From contig NC_134033.1 of the NCBI RefSeq assembly GCF_964204645.1, forward strand, positions 16,004,655 to 16,068,654: a stretch of 64,000 bases of DNA, written 5' to 3'. Below, in pieces: positions 12,734-24,757 of this stretch. Position 1 is the stretch's first letter. Each line of letters opens with the position of its first letter. The DNA comes from Tubulanus polymorphus (Eukaryota; Animalia; Nemertea). Below the pieces are notes generated by a model. That model was not told the origin of the DNA. It was given only the letters and a program-made list of their open reading frames with translations, and made no database searches. The translations under genes and the position numbers were made by a program.

Positions 12734-14546
12734 ATGAATGTGACTCCGCGCGTCTTCTTCATAGCGCTATGCGTTACTTTGATACACGGTGAGTTTCCAT
12801 AGAAATTTCATTTGATTTAGAAAGAAATGCGAATTTTCCGTCGACTTTCATGCGGGTGCTCGTGGTGTATAGCGGCCTTCTAGCACTTGCTCGGCCCGCA
12901 TAAGAGTCTTCTCAATTTCATTTCTGCTTTGTTTGTAAATATTCTTAAAACAGGCTACCTTATAAAATGAATTGAAATTGAATGAAATTGGAGCCAGCAG
13001 ATCCATGATTTTACTGGCATTCTATTTCTTGAAAATCCTGTATCTATTTTCAGTTTCATGTTCGTCAATAAGAATTACGGCTCCTGTTATTGAATTTGCC
13101 TGCGATGAGTTCTCGGCCACTTTGACGTGCCCGGTCGCCGATAACAGTAGTAGTGTAGTATGGCATCGGCTAGTTCACGGGAACTGGCTGCCGTTACAAG
13201 TGGGTCGCTTGGGACGTAACTCCTGGAAGCCTGTCGTCGGCGATATGTCAAAGATATCGACGAGATCGGTGAACACACACATGGCCGGAAAGTATCGCTG
13301 TAGTTATCCATCCGGTGCTATTATTCACGAGGTCGAACTCAGAGTCGACGGTACGTATTTCATTGATGCTTCTTCAAAAAAAAAAAATTGAATTAGAAAA
13401 AATCTAGTTTGTTCCAGAATTCATCGTAAACGTATTTGCTGTGATCAATTCAGCTTTTCAATTTTACCGACATCAAACGGTTTAATCCATGGCAATTTTC
13501 AAACAGATTCCACCAGCGGGGCATTTCCGTAAATTATGCAAATGAAGACAGTCGTAATATGCAAATCACCAACATTGATTTTCATTCACGTATTTTCGGT
13601 CTATAAATTAGTCATAATCAGTTACGTGTTTCTAGATTTAAAACTCTTCGCATTTTCAGTTTGTAACGGTCAAGTCGGTGACTGTACTGCGAAACCGGTT
13701 CTCGGCGATTTCGAGAATTTTAAAAATCGTAAAATCGAGATCAGCAGACGACACGGCGAGTCGGTTGCGTTTAAATGTAGCACGTTGAACGACTGGTTTT
13801 GTTTGAACTCGGATTGTTCTCAATGTTCCTCTGCGAAGGCAGACGACTCCTCTTCCCCGTCTGTCGTCTCGTCGTCGTTCAGATTTAAGTGAGTCGCGTT
13901 CGACGCGAAAACGAAAAACGTTCGATTCTGGATGGACAGTATCTACACTAATAGGTATGGCTATAGGATCACGGACAAAGATCAATTTTTTGGTTTAATC
14001 ACCGAATTTATATATTATTAATTCATGCTTTCAATGAGGACAACAATTAAAATTTAACCATTTTATGCTTAAACATTTTAATGAAACTGAACCCGGATTT
14101 TGAGAGGGGGACCGGGGCGTACTGGTCCAACCCCTCCAAAACTTGAATGTTTCACCAATGTTTCACACCTGCAGCCCTCGCATTGCCAACTCGGCCCTTT
14201 TTAAATTAAGTGTCCAATAAAATGTCTAAGACCACCCCGTTCAAAGAATCCTAGATCCACCATTGGAACCCTTGTTGCACCATATCTGGTGTGGTCTGGT
14301 GTACCTCACACAAGGCTTGACATTATAAGACCCGACACCTGGGCTTTGGAATCAACTTATTTCTTATCTGAGATTTTTCTTGCATTTCATAATTTCAGTA
14401 TCGACTACAGCTCATCGGAAGTAACGCTACATAATCTGAAGCGGTCCGACTCGGCAATTTACACGTGCTTCCTACCGAATTACTACGATCGAAAGACTAT
14501 ACATCCCGCTTTATTGAGATTTGAATACGTATTGACGGTCACATAA
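12734..14546 (+). CDS. Secreted protein with two Ig-like domains (exons 12734-12788, 13054-13350, 13660-13888, 14399-14546)
   Basis: Signal peptide MNVTPRVFFIALCVTLIHVSC. Ig1: ATLTC..VVW..AGKYRC..VELRV. Ig2: GESVAFKC..W..VTLHNLKRSDSAIYTC..YVLTV*. Splice phases are consistent and there is no TM segment. Confidence 0.75.
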
Positions 14547-15460
14547 TAATTGGTTAGAAATACGATCTGTTACAGCATCTTAACTAAAAAACTTCATTCA
14601 ATCCGATATAGTATCTTCATATGTAAGATGATAGTCACCCGGTTCCGCAGTTGTGGGTTTGAGTTAACTCTAAGTTAAAAACATTGTTCATTTTCAATGA
14701 GTTAACTCTGAGTTAAAAACATAGTTCATTTTCAATGAGTTAACCCTCAGTCAATCTTAATTTACAAGTGGAACTGTGTCCTGTGTATAATGCAGATCCA
14801 ACCTGCTATAGATCTTAATTAAAATGAAATGCTTCAAGATTGATGATAATAATGATAATATAATTATACAATTTTCTATTTGAATTCCATACAAATCTAA
14901 CAAAACTTGTTGTTTTCACTGATAGTCTAGATACAGAGTCCCAGATACCAGGGAACCCACCAGGAGTGAGGATTTTTATGGCGCATGTATGTCACGAATA
15001 AATGAAGAAATCCCACACTTCGAATTTTAACGTTGTGGTTTCATTATAATAAATTTGATCGTATAATTTTAGAATTCGGAGTGTGGGATTTCTTCATTTA
15101 TCTACAGTTTACACGGATTATAGTGTTTATTCGACAACTAATATGTCACGAATATCTTCTGAAAATCTATTTTCTATACGAAATCTATAATTTTCGATCT
15201 CCTGACTCTGCGTCGAATATTGTATATTCAACTTGTTATCTTAACTCTACAAAGTTTCAAAAGTAACAGATGCTTTCAATCGAATTGATTAGAAAATATT
15301 TTAAAAATTCATAAAAAGTTGTCAATCGTTGTTTTTTTGGTTCAAGAAGGATTGGTGTGATCGCTTGAAGAACTCGGAAACCCAGGCGAATACAGTAAAA
15401 GCGCTTTATATTGCTGTTACGCATATATTACAAGCTGTATAACCACTGACCAAGTGGACT

Positions 15461-15535
15461 AGTTCTATTGGTCTAATGGCTAGCATGCTCGCTTTCTACG
15501 TACTCGACCCGGGTTCGATCCCCGGTGAGTGTGCC
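15461..15535 (+). pseudogene. tRNA-derived sequence (tRNA-Glu/Asp-like pseudogene or SINE head)
   Basis: A-box-like TGGTCTAATGG and T-arm ccgggttcgatccccgg, but the acceptor stem does not pair. Confidence 0.5.
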
Positions 15536-16114
15536 TAACTTCACTGTCACTTCTATTAATCGTTACAATGACACTGTTGGGACCACATGGACTTGATTTG
15601 TCACAACATAAAAAGTTTTTTTTTATATATAGTACCTAGGATACTGTGGTCAAAATCATTTTGTATCAAGTCCCTGTGGCTGGTACGAATAAAAATATGG
15701 CGTTATAAAGAGTGATATTTTCATTAAATTTGAGTTTTATTGAGCAAATTTGTTCTCTGCAGAAAATGTTGGCGTCGAGTAAGCAGTGGCATTACAAACG
15801 ATGACTGCGTTAAAACGAACTTTTGACATTGGAGTACAAAGCACAAGATTTGATTGTCATTTCACAAATTTCTACTTGAGGCAGAAACAACCCGTTCTTC
15901 CCGCCGATTCTCACAAATTGCCGGTTGCAGGTTATCGCGGCGCGCGTACTGCCATTAACTCAAAACGCGTACGGTTTAGAAACATTGTCACGACGTCTCA
16001 TTTTTTTTAAGTACCGCTCCCGAACACCGGATAACCAGTAGTTAACTGCGAGCAAATGCGCGCGTGTTCCCGCTTCGGCGTTTCCTCGACTTATACCTCA
16101 GGCGCGTCGAAGTG

Positions 16115-17167
16115 ATGAACACAGGCAATGTAACCACAGGTTGGCACCCGGATCCACGGTGCGGAGTAACGATTCATATCAATTCTGGACAATTAATCGA
16201 CCGATATCTTTCCGATGTGTCCATGACGGTAGCTAGATGCGCCCTCTATGCAGCGGGTACGGTACTAAATCTCATATCGTACGTAGTTTTAGGGATGATG
16301 AAACTGAATAATTCCAGTGTGTTGTATTTGCGGTGTATCGCTCTGGCTGAAACTGTGCATTGTTTCATGGCGTTGTTCGGACGCGAATTATACGTATTGT
16401 CCAGGATATCTCCTTTCTTTAATCGCTACAAATACAAGGGATCTTTTTTAAATATGTATCTTCTAAATATACCACTAGTCGACACAGTCTATCGCATGTC
16501 ATCAAGAGCCAGAGACTGGTTACTGTTTGGGCTTTCGTTCGATAGATATTTAGCAATAGTTTTACCGCTTGTATCTTTGAGACTGTGCAGTTTGTCTAGA
16601 ACTAAACTAATATGTGTTTTCATGTGTACGTTTGCAACTTTGCTCGAAGTCCCGACCTATTGGGACAAAGTTATGGGAATCATCCCTCATAAATGTACCG
16701 GTCTACCCACTATAAAGAGTTATAAGTATCTTTTAAAACACAGGATGTACGCGCTTCTGTACGACACTATAGTCGGCAGTCTTTTGGCCAATTTGGTGCC
16801 GGGAACTGCTGTGATATGTTGTAACGTGCACATGTTGGTAATTCTGAAACGCACGTTCAGAGATCGGGCCAAACTGCAATTAAAACAGAATGAGAAAATG
16901 ATCGAAGAACAAAACCAAGGTTTACAGATCACAAAAATTGTCCTCATATTGAATTCGTTTTATTTTTTAGTATTTTCGATGAATTTGCTAAATACGCTTA
17001 TTCCTGTTTTCGGTACTAGGGCCAGTTTTCGTCCCTTTCATTCCGGTCAACTTCTACTGGCTGTGAATTCCATGATTAACTTCTTCGTTTATATTTTCAT
17101 TCGAAAGGATTTCGGGCGAACTGCTCTTCGGCTCGTGTCTTGTGGTATACTAGGGAAAAGGGTCTGA
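16115..17167 (+). CDS. Intronless class-A (rhodopsin-like) GPCR, peptide-receptor/chemoreceptor-like, copy 1
   Basis: Seven hydrophobic segments, FDRYLAI at the TM3 end, ECL2 Cys, NSMINFFVY (NPxxY variant) and N-terminal NVT sequon. Confidence 0.85.
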   Translation: MNTGNVTTGWHPDPRCGVTIHINSGQLIDRYLSDVSMTVARCALYAAGTVLNLISYVVLGMMKLNNSSVLYLRCIALAETVHCFMALFGRELYVLSRISPFFNRYKYKGSFLNMYLLNIPLVDTVYRMSSRARDWLLFGLSFDRYLAIVLPLVSLRLCSLSRTKLICVFMCTFATLLEVPTYWDKVMGIIPHKCTGLPTIKSYKYLLKHRMYALLYDTIVGSLLANLVPGTAVICCNVHMLVILKRTFRDRAKLQLKQNEKMIEEQNQGLQITKIVLILNSFYFLVFSMNLLNTLIPVFGTRASFRPFHSGQLLLAVNSMINFFVYIFIRKDFGRTALRLVSCGILGKRV

Positions 17168-17186
17168 TTATTAATATCAATTGAGA

Positions 17187-17428
17187 TATTTAGTACAATA
17201 CATTCATTTTCATAACCCAGCAATATTTGGATACATTTTAAAGTGTAAATTAGGTAATTAGGGATTCGGTATTAGTCAACTGACTGCACTTAGAACTGCA
17301 TTCCTACTAGCTGTACTTAGAGCCAGCTGGCTAGCACTGAATCCCTCATAGCCTTAAGTGCGCTTAAAAATGTATCCAAATATTGCATACGTATGGATTA
17401 TGAGAAATAAATGTACTATACTAAATAG
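17187..17428. mobile_element. Fold-back/MITE-like element in the 3' flank of GPCR copy 1
   Basis: About 55-bp imperfect inverted repeats (gcaatatttggatacatttt / aaaatgtatccaaatattgc). Confidence 0.6.
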
Positions 17429-18718
17429 ACAATTACAAACCCCAAATTACAAAACAGCTCCCACAGTTGCCCATTAAGCTTTATACTTATAAGAATAGAA
17501 TTAATTTTCTTAATTCCTAAGTTTTAACGATTCATTTAAAACTGTGAAACTGATCTAGGGAACATTAAGAATTATCATGTTTAAAGGACTTTGAAACAGA
17601 TATTTACGTTTACACGTAGGAATATTGGAATGCGTACAAAATAGATATCCTTTTTTCTATTCTAAAGCAGTTGAAATAATTTGATATATTTGAACATAGA
17701 ATTTTCATTGACATTTGATTCCATTACGGAAAGACCGATTGACTCAGTGTTTGTACAAGACGACGGCGCTAAGTTATTTATACCCGCAGTGTTTTATTTA
17801 CAAACTGTGACGAGACCTGTTTTTCCAGTACATATATAGATTAAATACATGTATATTGTACATTGCGCTCCAGGTGACGAAATATTCAGTTTATAAATGC
17901 AGTGTATAGATCAGAGATCATAGGTGAAAATACAGAGTCATACGAAGCAATTTGTAATAGGTCGAAATAGTGTGATTAAGAAATATAAGTTTCGAAACGG
18001 AGACAGAGGATTTCTTCACGATTTCTAGAATATATGATCAAACGGTCTCATGACCAATGGAATTTAACAGTGAACTAAAACAGAAATCTCTGAGAGGAAA
18101 TCCTGAGTTCACATACGTACACTACAGATAACACTTCCAGAAAGGTAAGCGAACTTATCGATAAAGGTGATGTGTACTTCATCGCCCAGTTAAGTCCCAG
18201 TTCATGGACTATTTTCCGCAGTTCTAGACCCAGTTCCACATGGTTTTTGGTTGAATTTGACATTAGAGTTAGATAAAAATGTTTTATTTTCCAATCCTAC
18301 CGCGGGCCACCAGCTCGGTTCCTTGTTAAAAGATTTAAAATACGTGAAAATGTGTAAAGTTTGAGCTTATTTCCCAGGCCCGTGGCGAGCGGGGATACAG
18401 GGGTAGCGAACGATCAAACCCCAAAAAATTAAAGAACTCAAAAAATTTGGATCAAGATTTTTCGAAATTTGGATATAATTTTCCTGGTATTTTTTGTTGG
18501 AAAATTAAATGTAATCCATGTTCAAATGATTTATTCAGGCACTCGGGAAATTCATATTTAAGATCAGATATTTAAGGAAAATCGGCGTAAAATTGCCCTT
18601 TTTCTTGAAATAGAGCCGCCCCTCAAAAATGCTCGGCACGGGCCTGTTTCCTTTATGCGTCTTTTAACTGATATTTTCAGATCTAGTTTTCGGTACAGAG
18701 AGAAAATACACCCCCTGA

Positions 18719-19120
18719 ATGCGTCCTGACCGCCTTCCTAGCGGCGACGACATGGCCGATGCAGCAGCCGAGACTCGTCGCGGTCTGGACGGGATTCCGG
18801 ACGCGCCCGACTCCGACAGCAGCAGCTCCGAAGACGAACGACTCGTCGGCGACATACTCCGTCTTCAGAAAGAACTGGACGATCGCGAGAACGAAATGAA
18901 ACGAATTCGATCGGCGATGAATCGTCGCAAGAGCGAACAGGAAAAATGGTTCAGAGACATGGAACTGAAAAAGAGAATGCTGTTTCATCGGCGTCAGACG
19001 TTGATCGGGCGCCGCTCGGCAAAGTCCGGAAGGCGTCAACCGGCGGCCGGAAGTGACGTCACGACAGAGCGGAGCTCAGTCGGTGAAAGTTCGAAGGTTC
19101 AATCTGACGAACAAATTTGA
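18719..19120 (+). CDS. Small acidic/coiled-coil/basic protein of unknown function (133 aa)
   Basis: GC-rich open frame with exon-like codon usage, an acceptor at about 18680, a heptad-like segment (LRLQKELDDRENEMKRI) and AATAAA at about 19198. Confidence 0.55.
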   Translation: MRPDRLPSGDDMADAAAETRRGLDGIPDAPDSDSSSSEDERLVGDILRLQKELDDRENEMKRIRSAMNRRKSEQEKWFRDMELKKRMLFHRRQTLIGRRSAKSGRRQPAAGSDVTTERSSVGESSKVQSDEQI

Positions 19121-20115
19121 ATAATGAAACGAAGTTCGTAGTAAAAACGAGGTTTCAATAATTCCTAAATCGGCGTTCATGTATAGAATGTAAATAGAAT
19201 AAAATACATATATTTGTGTATATTTTACATGGAATTAAACGTATTTACAGAAATCAAGTCTTTCTTAGAAATCTCATATTATATCTTATCGTATTATTTC
19301 TCGGGGGTATGATAAATTTGGGGGTATGGTAAATTCATAATCTGGATACGGAGAAAATTGAGGAAAATTGAATTGGGAAACCCGTAAGAACCCTGTTGAT
19401 ATTCACATAACTAGGCTAATACAGGTCTGATCTGTTTAGTATATGAAAAATTTGATTTAAGATCGATGATGATTATAATGATAATAATATGATTATAACA
19501 ATTTCTTATTTGAATTCCATACAAATCTAACAAAACTTATTGTTTTCACTGATAGTCTAGATACGGAGTTCCAGACTTTGGTTGATGGGGTCATGTGTCC
19601 TGAGTACTTGCCATATAGATTGCTAAAATGACACATTCTATATATTAATCACATCTAGAAGTTTAGTTTCATGTAAGGGACTTAGTGTATATGATGTGCA
19701 CGAGCGCAATAGAATCATCTGAATCATCTTCTGACATTTTCTGAAAATCTAATTACGATATCCTCAGTGGGTCGAATATATTGTATTCAACCTTGTATTT
19801 TAACTCCATTAACTTTTAAGGTTTAATTGACGTTTTCAATTAGAACAAAATGAAAAATAACGTTTCGTAAATTCATACGGCGTTGTGTGAGACCGTTTGG
19901 GTTTTTCAAGAATGAATGTGGTGAATGCTTTACAAATTTCTGCTTCTGGCGGAGACAACGACTCATTATTCTTCTCCCGATTCTCACAAATCGCTGGTTA
20001 TCGCGACGCGTGTACTGTGTCATCGACTCGCTGACTATAGGCGGTGTTTAGTGTTACAATAACATGTTAGAATCGTTTTTGAACATCTTTGTAACCACAG
20101 GTTTCGATCGCAGTG

Positions 20116-21171
20116 ATGAACACAGGCAATGTAACCGCAGGTTGGCATCCAGACCCACGGTGCGGAGTAACGATTCATATCTATTCCGGCAGACCGATCG
20201 ACCGTTACCTTCCCGAATTGTGCATGACAATAACTAGATGCGCCCTCTATTCAGCGGGTACGGTACTGAATCTCATATCGTACGTAGTTTTAGGGATGAT
20301 GAAACTGAATAATTCCAGTGTGTTGTATTTGCGGTGTATCGCTCTGGCTGAAACTGTGCATTGTTTCATGGCGTTGTTCGGACGCGAATTATACTTGTTG
20401 TGCAAAGTATCTCCGTTCCTCGATCGGTACAAATTTAAGAAATCTTTTTTGAATACGTATCTAGTAAACGCATTCCAAATTCTCGAAACAGTCTACCACA
20501 TGTCATCAAGAACCAGAGACTGGTTACTGTTTGGGCTTTCGTTCGATAGATATTTAGCAATAGTTTTACCGCTTGTATCTTTGAGACTGTGCAGTTTGTC
20601 TAGAACTAAACTAATATGTGTTTTCATGTGTACGTTTGCAACTTTGCTCGAAGTCCCGACCTACTGGGACAGAATTATGGAAATCAGACCTCATACATGT
20701 ACCGGACTGCCCACCATATACGGCGGTATGGGCTTGTTAAGATACAGAATGTACGCGCTTCTGTACGACACTATAGTCGGCAGTCTTTTGGCCAATTTGG
20801 TGCCGGGAACTGCTGTGATATGTTGTAACGTGCACATGTTGGTAATTCTGAAACGCACGTTCAGAGATCGGGCCAAGCTGCAACTAAAACCGAATGAGAA
20901 AATGATCGAAGAACAAAACCAAGGTTTACAGATCACAAAAATTGTCCTCATATTGAATTCTTTTTATTTTTTAGTATTTTCGATGGTTTTGCTGAATACG
21001 CTTATTCCTGTTTTCGGTTCTATGGCCAGTTTTCGTCCCTTTCATTCCGGACAACTTCTAGTGGCTGTGAATTCCATGATAAACTTTTTCGTTTATATTT
21101 TCATTCGTAAAGGTTTTGGCCGAACTACATTGTGGCTCTTGTCATGTGGAATACTAGGGGAAAGGGGTTAA
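20116..21171 (+). CDS. Intronless class-A GPCR, copy 2 (tandem paralogue)
   Basis: Same architecture and motifs as copy 1, with long identical nucleotide blocks. Confidence 0.85.
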   Translation: MNTGNVTAGWHPDPRCGVTIHIYSGRPIDRYLPELCMTITRCALYSAGTVLNLISYVVLGMMKLNNSSVLYLRCIALAETVHCFMALFGRELYLLCKVSPFLDRYKFKKSFLNTYLVNAFQILETVYHMSSRTRDWLLFGLSFDRYLAIVLPLVSLRLCSLSRTKLICVFMCTFATLLEVPTYWDRIMEIRPHTCTGLPTIYGGMGLLRYRMYALLYDTIVGSLLANLVPGTAVICCNVHMLVILKRTFRDRAKLQLKPNEKMIEEQNQGLQITKIVLILNSFYFLVFSMVLLNTLIPVFGSMASFRPFHSGQLLVAVNSMINFFVYIFIRKGFGRTTLWLLSCGILGERG

Positions 21172-21359
21172 TGTTCAAGGTACGTACCCCAAAACCGAAC
21201 AGAACCCTGCTAGTTAGATTAGTTGTAACTATAGATTTAAAAGAAGAGGAAATTCTTAACTTACAAATGTGAAAATTGTCCAGTGATATTTAAGGCAATA
21301 ATGTTGGAACTTATACAGAAATTACTGCATCCACGAAGGAATAGATTAAAAGCATACTT

Positions 21360-21543
21360 GAGCATTGGCGTAGACGAAGCGTATGGTGAACATGAAACTC
21401 AAAAACGAGAAATTTAAGACGAAAGTAATCGATGTGGAGGTATTGCCGGAAGGCGCTAACCGGCGGCCGGAAGTGACATCATGACAGAGTGGTACTCAGG
21501 TCGGTGAGAGTTTCGACGGTTAAATCTGACGAACAAATTTGAA
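21360..21543 (+). pseudogene. Degenerate 3' fragment of the coiled-coil ORF duplicate
   Basis: Clear similarity to about 18940-19120 and its 3' flank (ccggcggccggaagtgac...tctgacgaacaaatttga), with indels and loss of the 5' part. Confidence 0.6.
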
Positions 21544-21725
21544 CGAATAAAGGTCGCTGTAAAAACGGGGTCTCAAAAATTCCTTAATCGGCGTCCATGC
21601 ATGGAATGTACATAGATGAAAATACACGTGTATTCTTGTCTATTTTACATGAGATTAAACGTATTTACAGAAATCAAGTCTTTCTTATAGAAATCTATAT
21701 CACGATCGTATAATAAGCCGAGATC

Positions 21726-24700
21726 CTATGAAACGGTAGCCATCTCTAAATCTGGTTGTTTCGTACGCGAAAGCCTCCAGGGAACGAACATTAGAAGCGC
21801 ACCCAGGCAAATAACACAACCTGCCATTTGGAAAGACAAGTCATAGTTGTTCGTGACATCATATAAGAGTCCTGCAAAGAAAAAAAACTCAAAATATACG
21901 ACAAAAAAAATTAAAACTCAAAATTTACCCAAAAAATTATATATATATATATAGCTTGAGGTTGTCCTTCTTATTTCATTTTACCTATTTATCTTTAGAA
22001 TCATATGCAAAGAGATTATGTTTATAATCTTGTAAATATTATAAGTAAATAAAATATTCATTCATACATATTCATTTAAGGGGTTTTATGAGGGCCCAGT
22101 TGTTCAAAGATTGGTAGAAGTTGTCGAATGTATAGATGACATTAAATCAATGAAGAATTGAATTGGACCCTGTTGCATGACCTGAATCAGCTTTTGGGCA
22201 ACAGTACCTTAATGTGTCCCTTAGAGGAATCATTTCACCAATAAGGGTTAGATACTGACCAGTACAGAGGCTTACCGTACTATCTTTTGATTTTACCTGC
22301 GAACGGGGCTCCCGCAAGAAACCCGATACCTTCCGCCATCAGTATGCAACCATAGGACGCAGAGATCGCCGCCTTACCGCAGTATCCTAATAGCAGAGCC
22401 GGTAATAGAGCGCCCCCTAGGACAGACAAACTTAAACCGATAAGTATAGCGTATGCGAGCATTGAAACCAGAGTGTGCGGAAAATACGGTAATACGACCG
22501 TGACGACACCGCCGACACCTAGCGGCAAAATGTACAACAAGTGTTCCGATACGCGCGGGTGATTGGCTAAAACGCCCAACGTGAATTTACCCAGCATGCT
22601 CATCGCACCGATAGTCGTGAGGATCCAAGCGGCAGAGTTGGAATCGAGGCCGATCTTCTGCGAAAACGCGGCGACGTGAACATAAATAATCGAAAATCCG
22701 AAACACACTAATACGTTATTCGAAAATAAAACGAGAAAATTTATATTTCGCCAAATTTTCCAATGAAAACTTTCGCAGCATTTGTCTTTCGCGGACGACG
22801 TGACGTCACCATCGACGTCACTAGTCCTCTCGACGGGTACTTCCGTCGCCGACGTGGATTCCTTATATGGTATCATCAACACGCCACAGACGACGATGTT
22901 ATAGGCGAGAGCTCCTGATAATAACAGCGAACCTGTAGGAATAACAAAATCGACATTTCTTTAAGTTAGAGATTTAGACCTTTAGACTAGGGGTTAATAG
23001 TAGAACGCCACCTATCCCAGAGAGGTGTCCTACCCATGGAGAGAGTGCTGATGCAAAAAACGTTTAGTGATAGGTTGGAGTTATAATACCAATGTCACTT
23101 TTCAGGGAGAGATGACTGATACCATCAAGTATAGTTTATACATAGTTGAATAAGTCAGGGGGTTATGTGAAAGGGGGGGGGGTTATGTGGACTAGGGGGT
23201 TATGACATGTCATATTTAATTTGTTACCTTTCCATCCGTAAGTGTTTAACAATAACTGTAAAAATGGAGGAAAAATAAAACTGCCGACCCCGCCACCGCA
23301 GCTTGCTAAACCCATCGCTAGATTCTGTTTCTTCTCAAAGTAAAAAGCACAAACTACACTGGACGGAACGTAACCCAGTCCGAACCCAATTCCTGAAAAT
23401 AAAACAACCTTACGCATTGAGATTTTAGACAGTGGGTCGGAACCTCGTCACAACGAACTTCAGGTCACCAGGACCCAATTCCATAGCTCTGAGTTGAATT
23501 GACTCGGAGTTAACTCATTGAAAATGAACTCATTTTAACTCAGGAGTTATTCTAACTCACAACTGTGGAACTGGGTCCTGAAAATCTGTTCGTTATAACC
23601 GATAGTTCTATATACAGTGGAACCTCGTTACAACGAACTTCAGGAGACCAGAAAATCTGTGTTCGTTATAACCGATAGTTCTAAAACGAGCGGAACACGT
23701 TACAACGTTGACGCTTCGAGGTTTTAGAAAGTTGATCGGAACCTCGTTACAAAGAACACCAGAATACCTGGTTATAACCGATAGTTCGTTGGCAGCGTAT
23801 GAACTTATAGAATTGTCTTATTATTTTTGGATGGAACACTAGGTCCCTGATAACCGCAATCCGAGGTCGTTATAACGAGGTTCGATCCACTGACTATATC
23901 CCACAAATACATGCCACCGGTATATATACCTGATATTAGTCCGTAAGTTAGAATTAGCCACTGTATGTTGGGCGCGAACGCGGACAATATGAGACCAGTA
24001 CCAGCCGCAATACCCGAGATTATCGTCACTATACGATACCCTAATCTATCACACATAATCCCAGAAACAGGTCCACTTAAATACCTGTAACAGAATATCA
24101 GCATCACACTTTTAATTCTGGACCTTTCCAACCATTGGTTCTCATTTGAATCCATTTTCACAAATGTGTGATTTCAATGACTCAGGACCCGTTCTGCATT
24201 TGTGTGGGTTTAATTTGACTCTGGGGCCAGTTCCACAGTTGTGTGGGTTTAATTCGACTCTGAAACCGCGATGTCCCACAGTTGTGTGGGTTTAATTCGA
24301 CTCTGAAACCGCGATGTCCCACAGTTGTGTGGGTTTAATTCGACTCTGAAACCGCGATGTCCCACAGTTGTGTGGGTTTAATTCGACTCTGAAACCGCGA
24401 TGTCCCACAGTTGTGTGGGTTTAATTCGACTCTGAAACCGCGATGTCCCACAGTTGTGTGGGTTTAATTTGACTCTGAAACCGCGATGTCCCACAGTTGT
24501 GTGGGTTTAATTTGACTTCTGAATCCAGTTCCACAGTTTTGTGGGTTTAATTGAATCGTGAACGCGGCCGATAGCCTTACTTACCCAGATGCCGATATCA
24601 ATGAACTAACGATAGCAGTTGAACCGCTACTCTGTTGGAATTCCTCTTTAAAAACTACGTATATCATCCCCGCAGACGTCGTCAGTCCATAGCTGAATAT

Positions 24701-24757
24701 ACGGAACACAAATGCTGCTAATACAATCATCCATCCCCATCCTTTATCTTTTTTCAT
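21726..24757 (-). CDS. Monocarboxylate transporter, SLC16/MCT family, MFS (exons 24757-24585, 24084-23930, 23392-23228, 22932-22297, 21871-21726)
   Basis: N-terminal DKGWGW motif, CDRLGYR, YFEKKQNLAMGLASCGGGVG and final GLLYDVTNNYDLSF. Splice phases are consistent. Confidence 0.88.
24185..24550. repeat. 40-bp minisatellite (cccacagttgtgtgggtttaattcgactctgaaaccgcgatgt); related cagttccacagtt arrays at about 26510-26720, 38870-38960 and 60410-60750
   Basis: Visible tandem units sharing the same core. Confidence 0.85.

Noticed and set aside
15461-15535. Functional tRNA gene
   Set aside because: The acceptor and anticodon stems do not pair convincingly.
24250-24500. CRISPR-like regular repeats (also 54932-55390 and 38090-38370)
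   Set aside because: The units are head-to-tail with no unique spacers, in eukaryotic introns or UTRs, and there are no cas genes.
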